Source: a virus. Taken from it: a stretch of DNA of 64,000 nt. Shown here one piece after another: positions 40,898 to 49,448 of the stretch. The first letter of the stretch is position 1, and each line of letters begins with the position of its first letter. The position numbers were made by a program, and so were the translations under genes. The stretch spans positions 96,001 to 160,000 of IMG/VR virus record IMGVR_UViG_3300036985_009306; one strand, given 5' to 3'. The notes under the pieces were generated by a model. The model did no database searches. It was given only the letters and a program-made list of their open reading frames with translations, and was not told the origin of the DNA.

Positions 40898-41209
40898 ATG
40901 AATTATCATAGAGAATCAACTGTATTAGAAGCAGCAATTGCTTCTTTAGAACCAGAAATACTAGTGGCTAAAATTACTACTGTTCGTCCGCCCCCAATAG
41001 AAAAAGGCATTGAAACACTTATTTTGGATCATCGAGATTTTTCTGAAAAATCTCTCAATGATTTTAAAAAAGCACTTAAGAGTTTTGGTCTACATCTCGG
41101 AAATGCTGATGAAGAATATGGTTCTCCAAGTTCGGATACTTTTGTTTTATATATAGCAAAAAACAAATTGACAAAGTCTGAATTAAAAGATTTACTTCAA
41201 ATAGATTAA
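40898..41209 (+). CDS. Hypothetical protein with RESxVLExAI N-terminal motif
   Basis: MNYHRESTVLEAAIASL; AGGAG SD. Confidence 0.55.
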   Translation: MNYHRESTVLEAAIASLEPEILVAKITTVRPPPIEKGIETLILDHRDFSEKSLNDFKKALKSFGLHLGNADEEYGSPSSDTFVLYIAKNKLTKSELKDLLQID

Positions 41210-41262
41210 ACAGCTTCAACAACTACCCTTGGAAATAAGGGGAGAAGCGAAAGGAAGAAATT

Positions 41263-42915
41263 ATGGAAAAGCTTCAAGGAATTTTTGATCAAGGGTTTTC
41301 AGGTATCTATGAAGATTCATCTCGTAAAACAATGCCTGATTATTTAGACAAACTAGCCGAACAAGAGAAGGACTTCGAGCCTGAACAAATAGAGGCCCCT
41401 AATATAACCTTTGACAAAGATTCGAGTTTATCTAGAGCCAACGAGTTAACTTCAGATGGGTCTAGAGAATCTTCTAAAACAAACAGATTCACTGTTGAAA
41501 AAGAACAAAGAGAAGCACAAGACAATAAATTGAAAGAAATAGACAAAATTGTAACTAGTATGCAGGATGAAGGTTTTGATGAGATTCAATCAAGTTTATT
41601 AAAAAGGTATTCTAGAGATTTAGTAAGTAAATATTTAGAATCAAAAATAAAGTTGATTTTGGACAAATATGCTGTTCTTGGTTTTGAGAATTTGAATGAA
41701 AAACAAGCAAATATTGTAGAACAAGCAAAGATAGATTTTAAGATCAAACGTTCTATGGTTCATGATATTCTAGATAAATTTTCTAAACTTGACTATATTT
41801 CAAATGGTATAGTTAAAGATTATCATGATTTGCTTGGTTCAAAAAGACCTCTTTATATTGTAGCCAAATTTTTGTTTTCATTAAGCTCTATAAAAGATTC
41901 TTATAATAAAAATAAAGAAACTAGAATTGCTTTTCAAAGAGATGAAGATGAGAAAGTTTTAAGTTTAAGAGACATAAACAATAATTTGAAGAGGAATTCA
42001 AATCTACAGAGACAGAATATTTTTACTTTAATGTTGAATGATTATAAGCAAGGTGTATATAATAAGTTGGCAAGATCTCAAATTGATCAAAAGATGGCAA
42101 AAGAATTTGGTATAGAGAAATTACAACAATTTCATTCAAAATTTAAAGACGATATTACTAGAGTTGAACGTTTTTATAATCGTCAGGCTTTTGATACAGA
42201 TTTTTTGAATGCTATGCAACAGGGTGTTGAAGGACAAATAAAGCCAAAAATTTCATCTTTAAATACTAAAGAAATGTCAAATGATGCTTTTGATCTTATG
42301 ACAAGAGGAAGTAATTTAGATGAAATTCATGTATCTTTAAAGAAGAAATATGGATATGTTAATGCAACTCAGTTTTTAGCAGAATATGATGACAGGTTAA
42401 AGAAACATTATGGACAGCTTGGATACTTGTTTATTGATGCCAATATTTATGCAAATTGTAAAGAAATGGTTGATTCATTCTCAAGATTGCAGCATGCAGG
42501 AAGCAAATTGATTTTTAGTTTGAGAGCAAAGAAAGAGTGTGCTGGATGTAGTTGTAATAAAGGGGGAACATGTGAGAAGACAGGATTGTTGATTTCTAAT
42601 AATCCTATATGCAGGTCTTCAAGAGCTGCAAAGAGAGTTTTTGCAAAAGCTTCATCATTTGTACCTAAGACATATATTGATTGTTTCACTTCTCAGATTA
42701 AAGAGAGTAATTTAGAACTTATTTCTAAGTTTGCTTTGGGAATAGAAGCTGCATTGCAGAATGAAAAGAAGAATATTGGGAAGCAAGCATCAAAGGATAG
42801 AACAGAGACAACACATGTGCAGGAAGGTTTTGTAGCAGCAGATAGTTTTAATATTGATGTTTTTGAAGAGAAAGTTAGTTCTAAAATAATAGAGGATGTT
42901 TTAAAAGGATTGTAA
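41263..42915 (+). CDS. Large hypothetical protein (possible virion-internal) with a Cys cluster
   Basis: 550 aa; YGQLGYLFIDANIYANC...CAGCSCNKGGTC. Confidence 0.6.
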   Translation: MEKLQGIFDQGFSGIYEDSSRKTMPDYLDKLAEQEKDFEPEQIEAPNITFDKDSSLSRANELTSDGSRESSKTNRFTVEKEQREAQDNKLKEIDKIVTSMQDEGFDEIQSSLLKRYSRDLVSKYLESKIKLILDKYAVLGFENLNEKQANIVEQAKIDFKIKRSMVHDILDKFSKLDYISNGIVKDYHDLLGSKRPLYIVAKFLFSLSSIKDSYNKNKETRIAFQRDEDEKVLSLRDINNNLKRNSNLQRQNIFTLMLNDYKQGVYNKLARSQIDQKMAKEFGIEKLQQFHSKFKDDITRVERFYNRQAFDTDFLNAMQQGVEGQIKPKISSLNTKEMSNDAFDLMTRGSNLDEIHVSLKKKYGYVNATQFLAEYDDRLKKHYGQLGYLFIDANIYANCKEMVDSFSRLQHAGSKLIFSLRAKKECAGCSCNKGGTCEKTGLLISNNPICRSSRAAKRVFAKASSFVPKTYIDCFTSQIKESNLELISKFALGIEAALQNEKKNIGKQASKDRTETTHVQEGFVAADSFNIDVFEEKVSSKIIEDVLKGL

Positions 42916-42917
42916 AA

Positions 42918-43487
42918 ATGGTTAAAATGCTAGATGCTAATATTACTAAAAGTTTTTCAATTTCTTATCTTGACAAGAATGAAGCCATGTTTTTGTTGGG
43001 TCTTTTGAAGTCTGTTCCTTGTTCTCATTGTACAGATTTTTATAGGGGTTGTCGAGGAGGAATGACATTGCAAGAAACAGCAATGATGTCAGAAAATGAT
43101 TATATAGAAAGACATATTCAGGGGACAGAAGCATATGTTTGTGGGAAATTACGAAACATAATTGTTCTTTCAAAAGCTGAAGAACAAGAATTAGATAATA
43201 ATTTTGAATCTGACTTTAATAGAAGAATTAGTTTGCTTACAAAGAAGAATGATGATAGTTCTAAATTTGTTTTGATCAATGATAAAGACGAATTTAGTTC
43301 GATAATGAGACAGATGGAAAGACAAATGATAGAAAGAGTACAGAAAGATGTTGATAAGATTAATCAACATAATGCATCAATAGTTAGTGGTATGCAAGAC
43401 CAGATAGCTGAACAGGATGACACTATAAAAAAAATGCAATCTGTGATCCAGAAATTAAGAAGAAAAGACAAAGATGACATTTCTTGA
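42918..43487 (+). CDS. Hypothetical protein with Cys motif and coiled-coil C-terminus
   Basis: CSHC...C; operonic. Confidence 0.55.
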   Translation: MVKMLDANITKSFSISYLDKNEAMFLLGLLKSVPCSHCTDFYRGCRGGMTLQETAMMSENDYIERHIQGTEAYVCGKLRNIIVLSKAEEQELDNNFESDFNRRISLLTKKNDDSSKFVLINDKDEFSSIMRQMERQMIERVQKDVDKINQHNASIVSGMQDQIAEQDDTIKKMQSVIQKLRRKDKDDIS

Positions 43488-44037
43488 ACTTACTAAAAAG
43501 ACTTATACATTTAAAGATGTTCCTAAGAAAAGGAATTATCTTTTAAAGAGATTAAAAAAGATTTATTCAACAACAGATGAAAAAGAGATTACTAGAGTTC
43601 TCGATTCAATAAAGATAGAGTTTAGAGAACAAAAAGAAAGAGGAGCTTCTAATCATAAAAAGTTGACCGTTTATTTACCTTTGCATGATTTTGACAAATA
43701 TTCTTTGAAGACAAAAGATGATGTAATCAAATATTTAGAGAATCCTAAGTCTACTGTCACACATGAAACAAATCATATTTTTCAAAATTTAGCAGAATCA
43801 TTTCCAGATGTTCAGTATTTAGAAGAAGATTCAGAAGGTAAATATAAGATAGATTATGATAAGTATTGGGATGATGCAGGAGAAAAACAATCAAGATTAG
43901 AACAAGTTAGAGAATTATTAAGCTGGGGAATGACAAAATCTGAAATTATACAGTTTTTGTACAATAGAAAACATGATGATAGAGAGTTATGGAGTAGAAT
44001 TATAGATAAGGCAATTGAATTGAGAAAGAAAGATTAA
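43474..44037 (+). CDS. HExxH zincin-like protein
   Basis: VTHETNHIFQ followed by YW...EKQSRLEQ. Confidence 0.55.
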   Translation: MTFLELTKKTYTFKDVPKKRNYLLKRLKKIYSTTDEKEITRVLDSIKIEFREQKERGASNHKKLTVYLPLHDFDKYSLKTKDDVIKYLENPKSTVTHETNHIFQNLAESFPDVQYLEEDSEGKYKIDYDKYWDDAGEKQSRLEQVRELLSWGMTKSEIIQFLYNRKHDDRELWSRIIDKAIELRKKD

Positions 44038-44098
44038 GTTATCTAAAGTGTTTATCAAGAGTCTTAATTATGAACAATAAACTTTTAGGAGGTTTATC

Positions 44099-44344
44099 AT
44101 GGGTATTGTAAATATTGCTTTGACAACTGATGCAGGAGTAACAAGGTCTATTATGACAGGTGCTAGTCCGTTGAGAATTAGCGATAATGAAACAAGTGCT
44201 TATCGTAAAAATTCTCTTGCTTCTGAGCCTATTAGTTCTCATGCAGTTAGAACTAAGAACAGAGTAAGTAGTATTGCCGGTGTTTTGAAAGCAAAAGTCG
44301 ATTCGAACAAATCAATTGCCTATGGAGACAGAGCTTTTAGGTAA
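44099..44344 (+). CDS. Small hypothetical protein
   Basis: AGGAGG SD; followed by a terminator. Confidence 0.55.
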   Translation: MGIVNIALTTDAGVTRSIMTGASPLRISDNETSAYRKNSLASEPISSHAVRTKNRVSSIAGVLKAKVDSNKSIAYGDRAFR

Positions 44345-44411
44345 ACTCTAAGTCAAATCATCATAGTGTCTCATGGTCCTTGGTTTAGGTATATTTTAAG
44401 TGACTATGTCT

Positions 44412-44446
44412 AATGGGTAAAAAGAAATTTCTTTTTACCCATTTTT
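44412..44446 (+). terminator. Strong hairpin terminator
   Basis: AATGGGTAAAAAGAA / TTCTTTTTACCCATT inverted repeat plus T tract. Confidence 0.75.
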
Positions 44447-44460
44447 GTATATAAAATTAA

Positions 44461-44961
44461 ATGGCAAAATTAAAGTTAGAATTTGAAGGGTGGCATTGTC
44501 TCCCTAAGAATGAAACTAAAGTAATTTTAGACATGGCTCGTATGAGGTTTGTTAATGCAAATTTCATAGACAATTGTGGTTTGTTAGTCGAAACGACAGA
44601 TGAATTAAAAGCATTTTCTTTTTGTTTAGAAATAATTGCACAATATATAAATATATTAGGTTCTTGGAATGGTTATACTGTGAGAAAAATAAGTAGAAGA
44701 ATTGTGTTTAATTATCAGGATAAAAAAAGAAAACTTTCCTTTGAATATTTCAAGAAACTAATAACTGAGAGTAGATTTGAAGATGCCACAATAATATTGG
44801 CAGGGAAACTTTATTTAGACCCAAATGAAACAAAAATGATGTTAAAAACTATTGAACGAGATTTAGGAAAGTTTCTTGTTGAGATGAAGGATAATCAATT
44901 AAAAATTGCTTATAATCTCTTAATAAAATATGCAAGTACTTCTGTTAGGAAATTTGAATAA
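44461..44961 (+). CDS. Hypothetical protein
   Basis: 166-aa ORF. Confidence 0.5.
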   Translation: MAKLKLEFEGWHCLPKNETKVILDMARMRFVNANFIDNCGLLVETTDELKAFSFCLEIIAQYINILGSWNGYTVRKISRRIVFNYQDKKRKLSFEYFKKLITESRFEDATIILAGKLYLDPNETKMMLKTIERDLGKFLVEMKDNQLKIAYNLLIKYASTSVRKFE

Positions 44962-45405
44962 ATGGACTTTCTGAAATTACCTATGTTTATAGAACGAAAG
45001 AAAAGAGTGATTTATAACACGTAATTTTGGATTAGGATTTAGACAACAATCTGATACAGGTTATTTGCTATGCGATTGTGGTGGGGATCTTTTTATATAA
45101 ACCCTAATGGAAGCAGCAAAGGTGTCACATATCTTTTTGCTGTGCTAAATGTAAAGAGTCCTGTGGAAAGATAGTTATAACTGAGGGCAAACTTGAAATA
45201 GTGTCTACTGATTTCGCAACTCTTAATTCTTTTTCTACAATACTCATTCAATGCCCAGGAGATAAAGAGGATTTATATTAAAATTAAGAAATATCAATGT
45301 GGTGGTTGGTTAGCGCAAAACGAAAGGCACTATGATCACGATCGTAATAATTACAATAGAATTCAAGACTCAGCAAACCTCAAAGTAAAATATCCTGAAT
45401 TTGAG

Positions 45406-45627
45406 ATGGTGATGAACCCAACAATAAATTTAAAAGAGTTGAAAACTGCTATGCAATCTGGTGACATAAAAAATGTAAAAATCATAGAGACAGTCTCTGG
45501 TAAAGTAACAACTGTAGGAGAAGTTTTTAATGGATTGACGGATAATCTGGAAAAAATGGAAATAATTCATAAAAAAAATTCTATTTTGGGAAAAATGTTC
45601 TCAAACCAAACATCAAAAATTATATAA
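45406..45627 (+). CDS. Hypothetical protein
   Basis: 73-aa ORF, start uncertain. Confidence 0.35.
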   Translation: MVMNPTINLKELKTAMQSGDIKNVKIIETVSGKVTTVGEVFNGLTDNLEKMEIIHKKNSILGKMFSNQTSKII

Positions 45628-45721
45628 AGTAAACAAATAAACAAAATGAAAATTATTACAAAGAAATAACATGCTCAAGATGCTATAGTAACATTGCATC
45701 TGAGTGAACAGGAGGACAAAG

Positions 45722-46084
45722 ATGACAACTCAGGTTGTTTTGTTAGGTTTGTGCTGCGTAATTGTGGTATTGGTGATTGTTTTTCGTAAAACTTCTTTTG
45801 TTAAGAAGTATTGGAGATACTCTTTAATTTTAATTCCTGCTATTTTGATTTTAATTTTGGTTATTTTGAAGGGTAATAAGGGCAATACTTCAACAAATTC
45901 TTCTGCATTAAAAGATTCTATTTCAGACATCAAAGGTAAGCTTAATGAGGTGAACACAATAGTACAAATAGAAGCAGCAATAACAAAGACAAATGATGAG
46001 CAAAAGATGCAACAGCTTAAAGAAGTGCAAAAGATACCTGATGATACTGAGAGAAGGAAAAAACTAGCTGAATTGATTGGGTAA
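45722..46084 (+). CDS. Membrane protein with coiled-coil C-terminus (i-spanin-like)
   Basis: Two N-terminal hydrophobic segments then a soluble coiled coil; AGGAGG SD. Confidence 0.45.
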   Translation: MTTQVVLLGLCCVIVVLVIVFRKTSFVKKYWRYSLILIPAILILILVILKGNKGNTSTNSSALKDSISDIKGKLNEVNTIVQIEAAITKTNDEQKMQQLKEVQKIPDDTERRKKLAELIG

Positions 46085-46136
46085 ACAATGAATTCTAAGA
46101 TTAATTATTAGAGTTTATAATTGAAAGGAGCGACAA

Positions 46137-46409
46137 ATGTCAACTTGGGTAGTTCCAATCGTGGTTTGTTTTTTAGTAGGTGCATTTTCTTTCTTCATGG
46201 GGCGGTGGAGTCGCCGTTCTAACACTAAGGCAGGCGCTCCTTCCACATCAACCAACAGTGATTATGCGGCGTTGGCACAGGCGTGGCGCAAACTTGCTGA
46301 TGAGTCAAGTGACGCACGGTATAGTGCTCATCTTTATGGTTGTGCCGAAGATTTGTGCCAACTCAATTCGGCCAAAGCTCCGAACTCGCATTTTGCGGCG
46401 ACTGTATAG
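46137..46409 (+). CDS. Cassette-like small ORF reading through attC-like element A
   Basis: AAAGGAG SD; N-terminal TM; ...STSTNSDYAALA...; stop inside the right arm. Confidence 0.5.
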   Translation: MSTWVVPIVVCFLVGAFSFFMGRWSRRSNTKAGAPSTSTNSDYAALAQAWRKLADESSDARYSAHLYGCAEDLCQLNSAKAPNSHFAATV

Positions 46410-46410
46410 G
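46252..46410. repeat. attC-like imperfect inverted repeat A (degenerate)
   Basis: ACATCAACCAACAG left end; GTTGGCAC / GTGCCAAC arms; ends ACTGTATAGG, 8 nt before the next ATG. Confidence 0.45.
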
Positions 46411-46417
46411 GACACAA

Positions 46418-46630
46418 ATGGATTCTAAATACGTAGTTCATCTTCTAAAACAACTAATTGTGAAGCACGGGCAGGTTCGGCACAACGAAGCATTGGAATC
46501 CATTTGTGCAGAACTGAAGGGGCACTGCAAAACAGTCCGGCGAAACGCCCATACAACAGACAAAGTGCGCCATATAGATGACGTGTTCCTTCGACCGAGA
46601 GCTTCGGGCAACTATCGAAAAATATTCTAA
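46418..46630 (+). CDS. Cassette-like small ORF
   Basis: ATG follows the element A right end; contains an orphan left arm GCCCATACAACAG. Confidence 0.35.
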   Translation: MDSKYVVHLLKQLIVKHGQVRHNEALESICAELKGHCKTVRRNAHTTDKVRHIDDVFLRPRASGNYRKIF

Positions 46631-46871
46631 TGATGGTTTGTTGTCGGCAGGAGAAATTGTTGCCGTATTGGAGGTTGTAAAACATGCTACCATTCACGCT
46701 GCTGAGAATGCGGCGGCTGACACTGAGGTAGACAATTTTACATCCACCAACAGCGCTATGGATGCCATTGCCGAACTCGCCGAAAAGTTCATTGTGTCAA
46801 ATAAATGTGACGAAAGTGTTTCTATAATGCTGCGGTGCTTTGCGGAGTATGTTCGGCAACAGCACCAGTAG
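46578..46871 (+). CDS. Cassette-like small ORF reading through attC-like element B
   Basis: ...FTSTNSAMDAIA...RQQHQ*; stop lies in the right arm. Confidence 0.5.
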   Translation: MTCSFDRELRATIEKYSNDGLLSAGEIVAVLEVVKHATIHAAENAAADTEVDNFTSTNSAMDAIAELAEKFIVSNKCDESVSIMLRCFAEYVRQQHQ

Positions 46872-46885
46872 CGCGAACGTTGGCC
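46745..46885. repeat. attC-like imperfect inverted repeat B
   Basis: CCAAC...GTTGG ends; GCGCTA/TAGCGC and TTGCCGAAC/GTTCGGCAA arms. Confidence 0.7.
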
Positions 46886-46938
46886 AAAATAAACCGCGTT
46901 GGGAACAGATATTATAGCCCGGCGCAGGAGAAAACAAA

Positions 46939-47265
46939 ATGGAATGCAAATTTACCCAGGGCTTTGTGACAGCGTGTGCGGCAACGTTGCGTAATCATGG
47001 TTGTGATACCATTGTCGCGGATACTCTCGTTTGTTGTGGCCCAGTGTCAGTGGATCAGTATCGGAAGTTGGGTGTTGAGGAATACGACATTGATATTTTG
47101 CGACCTGTTATCAAAGAAATACAAAGGAAGAAAAGATGCGCCAGGAGTACACTGCGGAAACGCAGTTTACATCGGCCAACAGCTCAAGCATGGCAATCGG
47201 ACGGTACTGTGGTGCCTGCTGACGGTTACGGCCAGCATAGTCATCCTGATTTTTTCTCAAATTAA
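46939..47265 (+). CDS. Cassette-like small ORF
   Basis: AGGAG SD; GC-rich; runs into element C. Confidence 0.5.
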   Translation: MECKFTQGFVTACAATLRNHGCDTIVADTLVCCGPVSVDQYRKLGVEEYDIDILRPVIKEIQRKKRCARSTLRKRSLHRPTAQAWQSDGTVVPADGYGQHSHPDFFSN

Positions 47266-47296
47266 CGGCGCCACTCTGATATCCAGATGTTGGTGC
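47174..47296. repeat. attC-like element C
   Basis: ACATCGGCCAACAG left end; right arm CACTCTGATATCCAGATGTTGGTGC nearly identical to the right arm of element F at 62757. Confidence 0.55.
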
Positions 47297-47312
47297 AAGA
47301 AAGGAAATACAA

Positions 47313-47564
47313 ATGGTATTAATTGACGGCAAAGAAGTAGATGTTAAAGAAGTCGATGCTGCAAAACATGGATTTATTGGGACGTTTCGTAAACCGTTTG
47401 AACAAATCAAAAGACCACTTTACGACATAATTTTTTGCAGTTGCGGATTGAATGTTTGTGGTGGTCACTATGACCTTTATCAACATTGGCAAATGGGGCA
47501 TTTTGACTTGTTGCAATACAAAACAATAGAAGATGTGCCAACGGAAATTAAGGAAGTGGCATAG
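47313..47564 (+). CDS. Cassette-like small ORF with Cys/His motif
   Basis: AAAGGA SD right after the GTT of element C; CSCG...HWQMGH. Confidence 0.55.
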   Translation: MVLIDGKEVDVKEVDAAKHGFIGTFRKPFEQIKRPLYDIIFCSCGLNVCGGHYDLYQHWQMGHFDLLQYKTIEDVPTEIKEVA

Positions 47565-47569
47565 ACATC

Positions 47570-47659
47570 TTACAACAGCAGCATAAAATAACCGCCGACT
47601 GGTGGAATGATTGGAGTACCATAGATGATGAGCCATTTGACATTTGACAACTGTTAGGA
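47570..47659. repeat. attC-like element E (weak arms)
   Basis: Stop-ACATCTTACAACAG left end; ends CTGTTAGGAG, which also supplies the SD of the next gene. Confidence 0.4.
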
Positions 47660-47665
47660 GATTGT

Positions 47666-48172
47666 ATGAAAAAATTTTTTTCACTAGTTTGTTTGTTAAT
47701 GATATCATGTGCATCTACAAAACCTGCTGTAAACGAACAACATTTGAAATATTCATATTTACCTCCTAAATTAAATATTGATTCATTGATGCCAGTCAAT
47801 AGTGTTGTAGACACAAATCTTCATGATTTTACTTCTGTTGCAATTGATTCTGGAAAACTAGTTACTATTAATAAAGATACTCTTAAACTTCATCCTGGAG
47901 TATTGATAAGTGAAAAAAAAGCAGCTCTATTTATTTATTATAAATCAAGTTATGAATATTTATATAAAAAAGCTATGTTGACAAATATATTGTATTCTGA
48001 TTATTACGACAAATCTGTTGATGCTGAGAAAATTTATCAAAATGATATAATAAATTTGTCTAAAAAAGCTGAAAGAACTTGGTTGGAAAAAAATATGGTT
48101 TATTTTGGGTTTATAGCAGGTATTGCTACATGCATTCTTACTGAATATGCGGTGATTAAAACATCTAAGTAA
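47666..48172 (+). CDS. Lipoprotein with C-terminal hydrophobic segment (spanin-like)
   Basis: Lipobox MKKFFSLVCLLMIS|C; WLEKNMVYFGFIAGIATCIL. Confidence 0.5.
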   Translation: MKKFFSLVCLLMISCASTKPAVNEQHLKYSYLPPKLNIDSLMPVNSVVDTNLHDFTSVAIDSGKLVTINKDTLKLHPGVLISEKKAALFIYYKSSYEYLYKKAMLTNILYSDYYDKSVDAEKIYQNDIINLSKKAERTWLEKNMVYFGFIAGIATCILTEYAVIKTSK

Positions 48173-48181
48173 AGGGAATTT

Positions 48182-48358
48182 ATGATATTGTTCATCATCT
48201 ATTTTTTGATGACAGCTATTTTTTATCTTTTTATGACTTCCAGGGGATTTTGGAGAAGTTCATCGACACTCTATTCAAAAATTTTTCTTTCTTTAATTTT
48301 TCCTGTGACAATTGCAGTAATTTTAGTATTTATAAACAAGAAAGGAGAGATTAAGTAA
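48182..48358 (+). CDS. Small two-TM membrane protein (58 aa)
   Basis: Not in the ORF track; MILFIIYFLMTAIFYLFM...IFLSLIFPVTIAVILVFINKKGEIK. Confidence 0.4.
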   Translation: MILFIIYFLMTAIFYLFMTSRGFWRSSSTLYSKIFLSLIFPVTIAVILVFINKKGEIK

Positions 48359-48502
48359 GACAAATATTAAAGTCTCACTCAGAAGACTAATAAAGATTGA
48401 GTTTAGGTGACAGCAACTGTAAAACCAGGTTGCAAAAATCCGCTACAATTTCTGTAGCAATAAAACCGAACCAATAAAAAGGTTCAACACAAGGAGATTA
48501 AA

Positions 48503-49390
48503 ATGAGTATCGATCTTAAGTCCCGCATTTCATCCGCAGCAGAAGTTCTTGATCTTTTTTTTCAAAAAGCAAAAATTGATGTTGATTCAATCTCATATCT
48601 TAAACAAATTCTTGAGCTTATGGGAATTGATGAAACAAAAACCGGTATTGAAACTTTAGAAGCAGAATCTACTACTTTTGAAGATTTTCAAAAAATAATC
48701 CTTGTAAAAATTCCTTTACCCAGACTCAAACTTGCGTGGTCAATTCTCAAAGGAGTTGAAGAAACAAAAACAAATGTAACCAATGTGATTAATCAGTCTG
48801 CTGATTTGTCTACATTGATTCAGACTATAAGACCGATTGGAACATGGGGTGATCTCGAACTTTTAGAGAAATATGGAAGAGAATGTTCCCCAGAAATTGA
48901 AGAGGAATTGAAGAAAAGGAGTAAGAGTAGAAACTGTATTGTGTTTTTTGAGGATGGAACAGTTGATTCTGAAAAATCTTTGTATGTTTTGAGAAAAGCA
49001 CGGCATCAAGAAACTCCCACAACCTTCATGTTTAAAGACGAAATGAAACAAGTCTTTAAAGTAGGAGAGTTTCCGCTAGACGTCCTTTTTGAATGTCCTA
49101 TCCACAGAAATGTTCTTCTAGTCGATGGATATTGTGAAGAATGTGGTATAACTTGGAATACTGAAAACATGGATCGTCTTGCACTTCTTAGATTAGTAAA
49201 AGAAGGCACTTCATCTGATCCAATAGTTTACAGAACTTTTAATTTCGATAAATTGTGTAAAGAATTTCCCAAAATCTATATACAATTTAAAGAATTAAAA
49301 TCTGAAGACAAGCTTCCAAGTTTAAAGAGAAGAATTTCTAAAGCAAAAGATGGCGACCCTTTCAGGGTTTCTTCTCACAAGACATTCTAA
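48503..49390 (+). CDS. Hypothetical protein with Zn-ribbon
   Basis: AAGGAG SD; ECPIH...GYCEECG. Confidence 0.6.
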   Translation: MSIDLKSRISSAAEVLDLFFQKAKIDVDSISYLKQILELMGIDETKTGIETLEAESTTFEDFQKIILVKIPLPRLKLAWSILKGVEETKTNVTNVINQSADLSTLIQTIRPIGTWGDLELLEKYGRECSPEIEEELKKRSKSRNCIVFFEDGTVDSEKSLYVLRKARHQETPTTFMFKDEMKQVFKVGEFPLDVLFECPIHRNVLLVDGYCEECGITWNTENMDRLALLRLVKEGTSSDPIVYRTFNFDKLCKEFPKIYIQFKELKSEDKLPSLKRRISKAKDGDPFRVSSHKTF

Positions 49391-49400
49391 TTTTTTAACT

Positions 49401-49430
49401 TAGGTAGCACTATTTTCATAGTGCTACCTA
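49401..49430. promoter_or_regulatory. Perfect 13-bp intergenic hairpin
   Basis: TAGGTAGCACTAT-TTTC-ATAGTGCTACCTA; no strong U tract. Confidence 0.6.
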
Positions 49431-49448
49431 TTACTAAAGGGAGTTTTT

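Noticed and set aside
44960-45400. Cys-rich fragments (LLCDCGG, CCAKCKESCG) as a gene
   Set aside because: Pieces lie in different frames with no start or SD; cannot be supported
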